Assembly (NCBI GenBank): GCA_964016885.1
Contig: OZ024741.1
Span: 23,126,001-23,190,000 of the forward strand
DNA length: 64,000 nt
Reading direction: 5' to 3'
From: Eledone cirrhosa
Taxonomy: Eukaryota
Below the pieces are notes generated by a model. It saw only the letters and a program-made list of their open reading frames with translations. It had not been told where the DNA came from and made no database searches. This document shows positions 26,801 to 41,800 of the stretch, in pieces. Both the position numbers and the translations under genes were made by a program. The number at the start of each line of letters is the position of its first letter. Within the stretch, counting starts at the first letter, position 1.

Positions 26801-29800
26801 AATACTTCAGTTTACCACCTCACTACTCTATAACCTCAAGACATTCTATCTAATACCCTGGTTTACCACCTCACTACCCTATAACCAAGACATTCTATCT
26901 AATACCCCAGTTGAACACCTCACTACTCTATAACCAAGACATTCTATCTAATACCCCAGTTTACCACCTCACTACCCTATAACCAAAACATTCTATCTAA
27001 TACCCGAGTTTAACACCTCACTACTCTATAACCAAGACATTCTATCTAATACCCCAGTTTACCACCTCACTACTCTATAACCTCAAGACATTCTATCTAA
27101 TACCCCAGTTTACCACCTTACTACTCAACGATCAAGACATTCTATCTAATACCCCAGTTTACCACCTCACTACTCTATAACCTCAAGACATTCTATCTAA
27201 TACCCCAGTTTAACACCTCACTACTCTATAACCAAGACATTCTATCTAATATCCCCCAGTTTACCACCTCACTACTCTATAACCAAGACATTCTATCTAA
27301 TACCCCAGTTTACCACCTCACTACCCTATAACCAAGACATTCTATCTAATACCCCAGTTTAACACCTCACTACTCTATAACCAAGACATTCTATCTAATA
27401 CCCCAGTTTACCACCTCACTACCCTATAACCAAGACATTCTATCTAATACCTCAGTTTACCACCTCACTACTCTATAACCAAGACATTCTATCTAATACT
27501 TCAGTTTACCACCTCACTACTCTATAACCAAGACATTCTATCTAATATCCCCCAGTTTACCACCTCACTACTCTATAACCAAGACATTCTATCTAATACC
27601 CCCCAGTTTACCACCTCACTACTCTATAACCAAGACATTCTATCTAATACCCCAGTTTACCACCTCACTACCCTATAACCAAGACATTCTATCTAATACC
27701 CCAGTTTAACACCTCACTACTCTATAACCAAGACATTCTATCCAATACCCCAGTTTACCACCTCACTACTCTATAACCAAGACATTCTATCTAATACTTC
27801 AGTTTACCACCTCACTACTCTATAACCAAGACATTCTATCTAATACCCCAGTTTACCAACTCACTACCCTATAATCAAGACATTCTATCTAATACCCCAG
27901 TTTACCACCTCACTACTCTATAACCAAGACATTCTATCTAATACCCCAGTTTACCACCACACTACTCTATAACCAAGACATTCTATCTAATACCCCAGTT
28001 TACCACCACACTACTCTATAACCTCAAGACATTCTATCTAATACCCCAGTTTACCACCTTACTACTCAACGATCAAGACATTCTATCTAATACCCCAGTT
28101 TACCACCTCACTACTCTATAACCTCAAGACATTCTAATACCCCAGTTTACCACCTCACTACTCTATAACCTCAAGACATTCTATCTTATACCTCAGTTTA
28201 CCACCTTACTACTCTATAACCAAGACATTCTATCTAATACCCCAGTTTAACACCTCACTACTCTATAACCTCAAGACATTCTATCTAAGACCCCAGTTTA
28301 CCACCTCACTACTCTATAACCTCAAGACATTCTATCTAAGACCTCAGTTTACCACCTCACTACTCTATAACCAAGACATTCTATCTAATACCTCACTTTA
28401 ACACCTCACTACTCTATAACCTCAAGACATTCTATCTAAGACCCCAGTTCACCACCTCACTACTCTATAACCTCAAGACATTCTATCTAATACCTCAGTT
28501 TACCACCTCACTAATCTATAACCTCAAGACATTCTATCTAATACCTCAGTTTACCACCTCACTACTCTATAACCTCAAGACATTCTATCTAATACCACAG
28601 TTTACCACCTCACTACTCTATAACCTCAAGAAATTCTATCTAATACCCCAGTTTACCACCTCACTACTCTATAACCAAGACATTCTATCTAATACCCCAG
28701 TTTACCACCTCACTACTCTATAACCAAGACATTCTATCTAATACACCAGTTTACCACCTCACTACCCTATAACCAAGACATTCTATCTAATACCTCAGTT
28801 TACCACCTCACTACTCTATAACCAAGACATTCTATCTAATACCCCAGTTTACCACCTCACTACTCTATAACCTCAAGACATTCCATCTAATACACCAGTT
28901 TACCACGTCACTACTCTATAACCAAGACATTCAATCTAATACCCCAGTTTACCACCTCACTACCCTATAACCAAGACATTCTATCTAATACACCAGTTTA
29001 CCACCTCATTACTCTATAACCAAGACATTCTATCTAATACCCCAGTTTACCACCTCACTACTCTATAACCTCAAGACGTTCTATCTAATACCCTAGTTTA
29101 CCGCCTCACTACTCTATAACCAAGACATTCTATCTAATACCCCAGTTTACCACCTCACTACTCTATAACCAAGACATTCTATCTAATACCTCAGTTTAAC
29201 ACCTCACTACTCTAGAACCTCAAGATATTCTATTTAATACCTCAGTTTACCACCTCACTACTCTATAACCAAGACATTCTATCTAATACCCCAGTTTACC
29301 ATCTTACTACTCTATAACCTCAAGACAATGTATCTCACACCCCAGTTTACCACCTCACTACTCTATAACCTCAAGACATCCTATCTAATACCCCAGTTTA
29401 CAACCTCACTACCCTATAACCAAGACATTCTATCTAATACCCCAGTTTACCACCTCACTACTCTATAACCAAGACATTGTATCTAATACCTCAGTTTACC
29501 ACCTCACTACTCTATAACCTCAAGACATTCTATCTAATACCCCAGTTTACCACCTCACTACCCTATAACCAAGACATTCTATCTAATACCCCAGTTTATC
29601 ACCTCACTACTCTATAACCAAGACATTGTATCTAATACCTCAGTTTACCACCTCACTACTCTATAACCTCAAGACATTCTATCTAATACCCCAGTTTACC
29701 ACCTCACTACCCTATAACCAAGACATTCAATCTAATACCCCAGTTTAACACCTCACTACTCTATAACCAAGACATTCTATCTAATACCCCAGTTTACCAC

Positions 29801-32800
29801 CTCACTACCCTATAACCAAGACATTCAATCTAATACCCCAGTTTAACACCTCACTACTCTATAACCAAGACATTCTATCTAATACCCCAGTTTACCACCT
29901 CACTACTCTATAACCTCAAGACATTCTATCTAATACCCCAGTTTATCACCTCACTATATAACCAAGACATTGTATCTAATACCTCAGTTTACCACCTCAC
30001 TACTCTATACCCTCAAGACATTCTATCTAATACCCCAGTTTACCACCTCACTACCCTATAACCAAGACATTCTATCTAATACCCCAGTTTAACACCTCAC
30101 TACTCTATAACCAAGACATTCTATCTAATACCCCAGTTTACCACCTCACTACTCTATAACCTCAAGCATTCTATCTAATACCTCAGTTTACCACCTCACT
30201 ACTCTATAACCTCAAGACATTCTATCTAATACCCCAGTTTACCACTTCACTACTCTATAACCCCAAGACATTCTATGTAATACTTCAGTTTACCACCTCA
30301 CTACTCTATAACCTCAAGATATTCTATCTAATACCCCAGTTTACCACCTCACTACTCTATAACCAAGACATTCTATCTAATACCTCGGTTTACCACCACA
30401 CTACTCTATAACCTCAAGACATTCTATCTAATACCCCAGTTTATCACCTCACTACTCTATAACCAAGACCTATCTAATACCCCAGTTTACCACCTCACTA
30501 CACTATATCCTCAAGACATTCTATCTAATACCCCAGTTTACCACCTCACTACTCTATTAGCAAGACATTCTATCTAATACCCCAGTTTACCACCTCACTA
30601 CTCTATAACCAAGTCATTCTATCTAATACACCAGTTTACCACCTCACTACTCTATAACCAAGACATTCTATCTAATACCCCAGTTTACCACCTCCCTACC
30701 CTATAACCTCAAGACATTCTATCTAATACACCAGTTTACCACCTCACTACTCTATAACCAAGACATTCTAACTAATACCCCAGTTTACCACCTCACTACT
30801 CTATAACCAAGACATTCTATCTAATACCCCAGTTTACCACCTCACTACTCTATAATTTCAAGACATTCTATCTAATATCTCAGTTTACCACCTCACTACT
30901 CTATAACCTCAAGACAATGTATCTAATACCCCAGTTTAACACCTCACTACTCTATAACCTCAAGACATTCTATCTAATACCCCAGTTTACCACCTCACTA
31001 TTCTATAACCTCAAGACATTCTATCTAATACCCTAGTTTACCACCTCACTACTCTATAACCAAGACATTCTATCTAATACCCCAGTTTACCACCTCACTA
31101 CTCTATAACCAAGACATTCTATCTAATAACTCTGTTTACCACCTCACTACTCTAGAACCTCAAGATATTCTATTTAATACCCCAGTTTACCACCTCACTA
31201 CTCTATAACCAAGACATTCTATCTAATACCCCAGTTTACCACCTCACTACTCTATAACCAAGACATTCTATCTAATACCCCAGTTTACCACCTCACTACT
31301 CTATAACCAAGACATTCTATCTAATACCCCAGTTTACCACCTCACTACTCAATAACCTCAAGACATTCTATCTAATACCCCAGTTTACCACCTCACTACT
31401 CTATAACCAAGACATTCTATCTAATACCCCAGTTTACCACCTCACTACTCTATAACCTCAAGACATTCTATCTAATATCTCAGTTTACCACATCTCTACT
31501 CTATAACCAATACATTCTATCTAATACCTCAGTTTACCACCTCACTACTCTATAACCTCAAGATATTCTATCTAATACCCCAGTTTACCACCTCACTACT
31601 CTATAACCTCAAGACAAATTATCTAATACCCCAGTTTACCACCTGACTACTCTATAACCTCAAGACAATGTATCTAATACCCCAGTTTACCACCTCACTA
31701 CTCTATAACCTCAAGACAATGTATCTAATACCCCAGTTTACCACCTCACTACTCTATAACCTCAAGACAATGTATCTAATACCCCAGTTTACCAGCTCAC
31801 TACTCTATAACAAAGACATTCTAATACCCCAGTTTACCACCTCACTACTCTATAACCTTAAGATATTCTATCTAATACCCCAGTTTACCCCCTCACTACT
31901 CTATAACCAAGACATTCTATCTAATACCCCAGTTTACCTCACTACTCTATAACCAAGACATTCTATTTAATACCCCAGTTTACCACCTCACTACTCTATA
32001 ACCTCAAGACATTATATCTAATACCCCAGTTTACCACCTCACTACTCTATAACCTCAAGACATTCTATCTAATACCCCAGTTTACCACCTCACTACTCTA
32101 TAACCTCAAGACATTCTATCTAATACCCCAGTTTATCACCTCACTACTCTATAACCAAGACATTCAATCTTATACCTCAGTTTACCACCTTACTACTCTA
32201 TAACCTCAAGACATTATATCTAATACCCCAGTTTACCACCTCACTACTCTATAACCTCAAGACATTCTATCTAATACCCCAGTTTACCACCTCACTACTC
32301 TATAACCTCAAGACATTCTATCTAATACCCCAGTTTACCACCGCACTACTCTATAACCTCAAGACATTCTATCTAATACCCTAGTTTACCACCTCACTAC
32401 TCTATAACCAAGACATTCTATCTAATACCCCAGTTTACCACCTCACTACTTTATAACCAAGACATTCTATTTAATAACTCTGTTTACCACCTCACTACTC
32501 TAGAACCTCAAGATATTCTATTTAATACCCCAGTTTACCACCTCACTACTCTATAACCAAGACATTCTATCTAATACCCCAGTTTACCACCTCACTACTC
32601 TATAACCAAGACATTCTATCTAATACCCCAGTTTACCACCTCACTACTCAATAACCTCAAGACATTCTATCTAATACCCCAGTTTACCACCTCACTACTC
32701 TATAACCTCAAGACAATGTATCTAATACCCCAGTTTACCACCTCACTACTCTATAACCTCAAGACATTCTATCTAATATCTCAGTTTACCACCTCACTAC

Positions 32801-35800
32801 TCTATAACCTCAAGACATTCTATCTAATACCCCAGTTTACCACCTCACTACTCTATAACCTCAAGACATTCTATCTAATATCTCAGTTTACCACCTCACT
32901 ACTCTATAACCTCAAGACATTCTATCTAATACCCCAGTTTACCACCTCACTACTCTATAACCTCAAGACATTCTATCTAATACCCCAGTTTACCACCTCA
33001 CTACTCTATAACCTCAAGACATTCTATCTAATATCTCAGTTTACCACCTCACTACTCTATAACCAAGACATTCTATCTAATACCTCAGTTTACCACCTCA
33101 CTACTCTATAACCTCAAGACATTCTATCTAATACCCCAGTTTACCACCTCACTACTCTATAACCAAGACATTCTATCTAATACCTCAGTTTACCACCTCA
33201 CTACTCTATAACCAAGACATTCTATTTAATACCCCAGTTTACCACCTCACTACTCTATAACCTCAAGACATTATATCTAATACCCCAGTTTACCACCTCA
33301 CTACTCTATAACCTCAAGACATTCTATCTAATACCCCAGTTTACCACCTCACTACTCTATAACCTCAAGACATTCTATCTAATACCCCAGTTTACCACCT
33401 CACTACTCTATAACCTCAAGACATTCTATCTAATACCCCAGTTTACCACCTCACTACTCTATAACCTCAAGACATTCTATCTAATACCCCACTTTACCAC
33501 CTCACTACTCTATAACCTCAAGACATTCTATCTAATACCCCAGTTTACCACCTCACTACTCTATAACCTCAAGACATTCTATCTAATACCCCAGTTTACC
33601 ACCTCACTACTCTATAACCAAGACATTCTATCTAATACCTTGGTTTACCACCACACTACTCTATAACCTCAAGACATTCTAGCTATTACGCCAGTTTACC
33701 AGCTCACTACTCTATAACCTCAAGACATTCTACCTAATATCTCAGTTTACCACCTCACTACTCTATAACCAAGACATTCTATCTAATACCTCAGTTTACC
33801 ACCTCACTACTCTATAATCTCAAGACATACAATCTAATACCCCAGTTTACCAACTCATTACTCTATAACCTCAAGACATTCTATCTAATACCCCAGTTTA
33901 CCATCTCACTCCTCTATAACCAAGACATTCTATCTCATACCCCACTTTACCACCTCACTACTCTATAACCTGAAGACATTCTATCTAATACCCCAGTTTA
34001 CCAACTCATTACTCTATAACCTCAAGACATTCTATCTAATACCCCAGTTTACCATCTCACTCCTCTATAACCAAGACATTCTATCTAATACCCCAGTTTA
34101 CCACCTCACTACTCTATAACCAAGACCTATCTAATACCCCAGTTTACCACCTCACTACTCTATAACCTCAAGATATTTTATTTAATACCCCAGTTTACCA
34201 CCTCACTACTCTATAACCAAGACATTCTATCTAATACCTTGGTTTACCACCACACTACTCTATAGCCTCAAGACATTCTATCTAATACCCCAGTTTATCA
34301 CCTCTCTACTCTATAACCAAGACCTATCTAATACCCCAGTTTACCACCTCACTACTCTATAACCCCAAGACATTCTATCTAATACCCCAGTTTATCACCT
34401 CACTACTCTATAACCAAGACCTATCTAATACCCCAGTTTACCACCTCACTACTCTATAACCTGAAGACATTCTATCTAATACCCCAGTTTACCACCTCAC
34501 TACCCTATAACCAAGACATTCAATCTAATACCCCAATTTACCACCTCACTACTCTATAACCATGACATTCTATCTAATACCCCAGTTTACCACCTCACTA
34601 CTCTATAATTTCAAGACATTCTATCTAATATCTCAGTTTACCACCTCACTACTCTATAACCTCAAGACATTCTATCTAATACCCCAGTTTACCACCTCAC
34701 TATTCTATAACCTCAAGACATTCTATCTAATACCCTAGTTTACCACCTCACTACTCTATAACCAAGACATTCTATCTAATACCTCAGTTTACCACCTCAC
34801 TACTCTATAACCTCAAGACATTCTATCTAATACCCCAGTTTACCACTTCACTACTCTATAACCTCAAGACATTTTATGTAATACTTCAGTTTACCACCTC
34901 ACTACTCTATAACCTCAAGACATTCTATCTAATACCCCAGTTTAACACCTCACTACTCTATAACCAAGACATTCTATCTAATACCCCAGTTTACCACCTC
35001 ACTACTCTATAATCTCAAGACATTCTATCTAATACCCCAGTTTATCACCTCACTACTCTATAACCAAGACATTCTATCTAATACCTCAGTTTACCACCTC
35101 ACTACTCTATAACCTCAAGACATTCTATCTAATACCCCGGTTTACCACCTCACTACCCTATAACCAAGACATTCTATCTAATACCCCAGTTTAACACCTC
35201 ACTACTCTATAACCAAGACATTCTATCTAATACCCCAGTTTACCACCTCACTACTCTATAACCTCAAGCATTCTATCTAATACCTCAGTTTACCACCTCA
35301 CTACTCTATAACCTCAAGACATTCTATCTAAGACCCCAGTTTACCACTTCACTACTCTATAACCTCAAGACATTCTATGTAATACTTCAGTTTACCACCT
35401 CACTACTCTATAACCTCAAGACATTCTATCTAATACCCCAGTTTACCACCTCACTACTCTATAACCAAGACATTCTATCTAATACGTCGGTTTACCACCA
35501 CACTACTCTATAACCTCAAGACATTCTATCTAATACCCCAGTTTATCACCTCACTACTCTATAACCAAGACCTATCTAATACCCCAGTTTACCACCTCAC
35601 TACTCTATAACCCCAAGACATTCTATCTAATACCCCAGTTTACCACCTCACTACTCTATTAGCAAGACATTCTATCTAATACCCCAGTTTACCACCTCAC
35701 TACTCTATAACCAAGTCATTCTATCTAATACACCAGTTTACCACCTCACTACTCTATAACCAAGACATTCTATCTAATACCCCAGTTTACCACCTCCCTA

Positions 35801-38800
35801 CCCTATAACCTCAAGACATTCTATCTAATACACCAGTTTACCACCTCATTACTCTATAACCAAGACATTCTATCTAATACCCCAGTTTACCACCTCACTA
35901 CTCTATAATTTCAAGACATTCTATCTAATATCTCAGTTTACCACCTCACTACTCTATAACCTCAAGACATTCTATCTAATACCCCAGTTTACCACCTCAC
36001 TATTCTATAACCTCAAGACATTCTATCTAATACCCTAGTTTACCACCTCACTACTCTATAACCAAGACATTCTATCTAATACCCCAGTTTACCACCTCAC
36101 TACTCTATAACCTCAAGACATTCTATCTAATATCTCAGTTTACCACCTCACTACTCTATAACCTCAAGACATTCTATCTAATACCCCAGTTTACCACCTC
36201 ACTACTCTATAACCTCAAGACATTCTATCTAATACCCCAGTTTACCACCTCACTACTCTATAACCTCAAGACATTCTATCTAATATCTCAGTTTACCACC
36301 TCACTACTCTATAACCAAGACATTCTATCTAATACCTCAGTTTACCACCTCACTACTCTATAACCTCAAGACATTCTATCTAATACCCCAGTTTACCACC
36401 TCACTACTCTATAACCAAGACATTCTATCTAATACCTCAGTTTACCACCTCACTACTCTATAACCAAGACATTCTATTTAATACCCCAGTTTACCACCTC
36501 ACTACTCTATAACCTCAAGACATTATATCTAATACCCCAGTTTACCACCTCACTACTCTATAACCTCAAGACATTCTATCTAATACCCCAGTTTACCACC
36601 TCACTACTCTATAACCTCAAGACATTCTATCTAATACCCCAGTTTACCACCTCACTACTCTATAACCTCAAGACATTCTATCTAATACCCCAGTTTACCA
36701 CCTCACTACTCTATAACCTCAAGACATTCTATCTAATACCCCACTTTACCACCTCACTACTCTATAACCTCAAGACATTCTATCTAATACCCCAGTTTAC
36801 CACCTCACTACTCTATAACCTCAAGACATTCTATCTAATACCCCAGTTTACCACCTCACTACTCTATAACCAAGACATTCTATCTAATACCTTGGTTTAC
36901 CACCACACTACTCTATAACCTCAAGACATTCTAGCTATTACGCCAGTTTACCAGCTCACTACTCTATAACCTCAAGACATTCTACCTAATATCTCAGTTT
37001 ACCACCTCACTACTCTATAACCAAGACATTCTATCTAATACCTCAGTTTACCACCTCACTACTCTATAATCTCAAGACATTCAATCTAATACCCCAGTTT
37101 ACCAACTCATTACTCTATAACCTCAAGACATTCTATCTAATACCCCAGTTTACCATCTCACTCCTCTATAACCAAGACATTCTATCTCATACCCCACTTT
37201 ACCACCTCACTACTCTATAACCTGAAGACATTCTATCTAATACCCCAGTTTACCACCTCACTACTCTATAACCAAGACCTATCTAATACCCCAGTTTACC
37301 ACCTCACTACTCTATAACCTCAAGATATTTTATTTAATACCCCAGTTTACCACCTCACTACTCTATAACCAAGACATTCTATCTAATACCTTGGTTTACC
37401 ACCACACTACTCTATAGCCTCAAGACATTCTATCTAATACCCCAGTTTATCACCTCTCTACTCTATAACCAAGACCTATCTAATACCCCAGTTTACCACC
37501 TCACTACTCTATAACCCCAAGACATTCTATCTAATACCCCAGTTTATCACCTCACTACTCTATAACCAAGACCTATCTAATACCCCAGTTTACCACCTCA
37601 CTACTCTATAACCTGAAGACATTCTATCTAATACCCCAGTTTACCACCTCACTACCCTATAACCAAGACATTCAATCTAATACCCCAATTTACCACCTCA
37701 CTACTCTATAACCATGACATTCTATCTAATACCCCAGTTTACCACCTCACTACTCTATAATTTCAAGACATTCTATCTAATATCTCAGTTTACCACCTCA
37801 CTACTCTATAACCTCAAGACATTCTATCTAATACCCCAGTTTACCACCTCACTATTCTATAACCTCAAGACATTCTATCTAATACCCTAGTTTACCACCT
37901 CACTACTCTATAACCAAGACATTCTATCTAATACCTCAGTTTACCACCTCACTACTCTATAACCTCAAGACATTCTATCTAATACCCCAGTTTACCACTT
38001 CACTACTCTATAACCTCAAGACATTTTATGTAATACTTCAGTTTACCACCTCACTACTCTATAACCTCAAGACATTCTATCTAATACCCCAGTTTAACAC
38101 CTCACTACTCTATAACCAAGACATTCTATCTAATACCCCAGTTTACCACCTCACTACTCTATAATCTCAAGACATTCTATCTAATACCCCAGTTTATCAC
38201 CTCACTACTCTATAACCAAGACATTCTATCTAATACCTCAGTTTACCACCTCACTACTCTATAACCTCAAGACATTCTATCTAATACCCCGGTTTACCAC
38301 CTCACTACCCTATAACCAAGACATTCTATCTAATACCCCAGTTTAACACCTCACTACTCTATAACCAAGACATTCTATCTAATACCCCAGTTTACCACCT
38401 CACTACTCTATAACCTCAAGCATTCTATCTAATACCTCAGTTTACCACCTCACTACTCTATAACCTCAAGACATTCTATCTAAGACCCCAGTTTACCACT
38501 TCACTACTCTATAACCTCAAGACATTCTATGTAATACTTCAGTTTACCACCTCACTACTCTATAACCTCAAGACATTCTATCTAATACCCCAGTTTACCA
38601 CCTCACTACTCTATAACCAAGACATTCTATCTAATACGTCGGTTTACCACCACACTACTCTATAACCTCAAGACATTCTATCTAATACCCCAGTTTATCA
38701 CCTCACTACTCTATAACCAAGACCTATCTAATACCCCAGTTTACCACCTCACTACTCTATAACCCCAAGACATTCTATCTAATACCCCAGTTTACCACCT

Positions 38801-41800
38801 CACTACTCTATTAGCAAGACATTCTATCTAATACCCCAGTTTACCACCTCACTACTCTATAACCAAGTCATTCTATCTAATACACCAGTTTACCACCTCA
38901 CTACTCTATAACCAAGACATTCTATCTAATACCCCAGTTTACCACCTCCCTACCCTATAACCTCAAGACATTCTATCTAATACACCAGTTTACCACCTCA
39001 CTACTCTATAACCAAGACATTCTATCTAATACCCCAGTTTACCACCTCACTACTCTATAATTTCAAGACATTCTATCTAATATCTCAGTTTACCACCTCA
39101 CTACTCTATAACCTCAAGACATTCTATCTAATACCCCAGTTTACCACCTCACTATTCTATAACCTCAAGACATTCTATCTAATACCCTAGTTTACCACCT
39201 CACTACTCTATAACCAAGACATTCTATCTAATACCCCAGTTTACCACCTCACTACTCTATAACCAAGACATTCTATCTAATAACTCTGTTTACCACCTCA
39301 CTACTCTAGAACCTCAAGATATTCTATTTAATACCCCAGTTTACCACCTCACTACTCTATAACCAAGACATTCTATCTAATACCCCAGTTTACCACCTCA
39401 CTACTCTATAAGCAAGACATTCTATCTAATACCCCAGTTTACCACCTCACTACTCTATAACCAAGACATTCTATCTAATACCCCAGTTTACCACCTCACT
39501 ACTCTAGAACCAAGACATTCTATCTAATACCCCAGTTTACCACCTCACTACTCTATAACCGAGACATTTATCTAATACCCCAGTATACCACCTCACTACT
39601 CTATAACCAAGACATTCTATCTAATACCCCAGTTTACCACCTCACTACTCAATAACCTCAAGACATTCTATCTAATACCCCAGTTTACCACCTCACTACT
39701 CTATAACCAAGACATTCTATCTAATACCCCAGTTTACCACCTCACTACTCTATAACCTCAAGACATTCTATCTAATATCTCAGTTTACCACATCACTACT
39801 CTATAACCAATACATTCTATCTAATACCTCAGTTTACCACCTCACTACTCTATAACCTCAAGATATTCTATCTAATACCCCAGTTTACCACCTCACTACT
39901 CTATAACCTCAAGACAATGTATCTAATACCCCAGTTTACCACCTCACTACTCTATAACCTCAAGACAATGTATCTAATACCCCAGTTTACCACCTCACTA
40001 CTCTATAACCTCAAGACAATGTATCTAATACCCCAGTTTACCAGCTCACTACTCTATAACAAAGACATTCTAATACCCCAGTTTACCACCTCACTACTCT
40101 ATAACCTTAAGATATTCTATCTAATACCCCAGTTTACCCCCTCACTACTCTATAACCAAGACATTCTATCTAATACCCCAGTTTACCTCACTACTCTATA
40201 ACCAAGACATTCTATTTAATACCCCAGTTTACCACCTCACTACTCTATAACCTCAAGACATTATATCTAATACCCCAGTTTACCACCTCACTACTCTATA
40301 ACCAAGACATTCTATCTAATACCTCAGTTTACCACCTCACTACTCTATAACCAAGACATTCTATCTAATACCCCAGTTTACCACCTCACTACTCTATAAC
40401 CTCAAGACATTGTATCTAATACCTCAGTTTACCACCTCACTACTCTATAACCTTAAGATATTCTATCTAATACCCCAGTTTACCACCTCACTACTCTATA
40501 ACCTCAAGACAACGTATCTAATACCCCAGTTTACCACCTCACTACTCTATAACCTCAAGACATTCTATCTAATACCCCAATTTACCACCTCATTACTCTA
40601 TAACCAAGACAATCTATCTAATACCCCAATTTACCACCTCACTACTCTATAACCAAGACATTCTATCTAATACCCCAGTTTACCACCTCACTACTCTATA
40701 ACCAAGACATTCAATCTTATACCTCAGTTTAACACCTCACTACTCTATAACCTCAAGACAATCTATCTAATACCTCAGTTTACCACCTCACTACTCTAAA
40801 ACCTTAAGATATTCTATCTAATACCCCAGTTTACCACCTCACTACTCTATAACCTCAAGACATTATATCAATACCCCAGTTAACCACCTCACTACTCTAT
40901 AAGCAAGATACTCTATCTAATACTCCAGTATCCCACCTCACTACTCTATAACCAAGACATTCTATCTAATACGCCAGTTTACCACCTCACTACTCTATAA
41001 CCTGAAGACATTCTATCTAATACCCCAGTTTACCACCTCACTACTCTATAACCTCAAGACATTCTATCTAATACCCCAGTTTACCACCTCACTACTCTAT
41101 AACCTCAAGACATTCTATCTAATACCCCAGTTTACCACCTCACTACTCTATAACCAAGACATTCTATCTAATACCCCAGTTTACCACCTCACTACTCTAT
41201 AAGCTCAAGATTTTCTATTTAATACCCCAGTTTACCACCTCACTACTCTATAACCAAGACATTCTATCTAATACCTCAGTTTACCACCTCACTACTCTAT
41301 AACCTCAAGATATTCGATCTAATACCTCAGTTTACCACCTCACTACTCTATAACCTCAAGATATTCTATCTAATACCCCAGTTTACCACCTCACTACTCT
41401 ATAACCAAGACATTCTATCTAATACCCCAGTTTACATCCTCACTACTCTATAACCAAGACATTCTATTTAATACCCCAGTTTACCACCTCACTACTCTAT
41501 AACCTCAAGACATTATATCTAATACCCCAGTTTACCACCTCACTACTCTATAACCTCAAGACATTCTATCTAATACCCCACTTTACCACCTCACTACTCT
41601 ATAACCTCAAGACATTCTATCTAATACCCCAGTTTACCACCTCACTACTCTATAACCAAGACATTCTATCTAATACCTTGGTTTACCACCACACTACTCT
41701 ATAACCTCAAGACATTCTAGCTATTACGCCAGTTTACCAGCTCACTACTCTATAACCTCAAGACATTCTACCTAATATCTCAGTTTACCACCTCACTACT

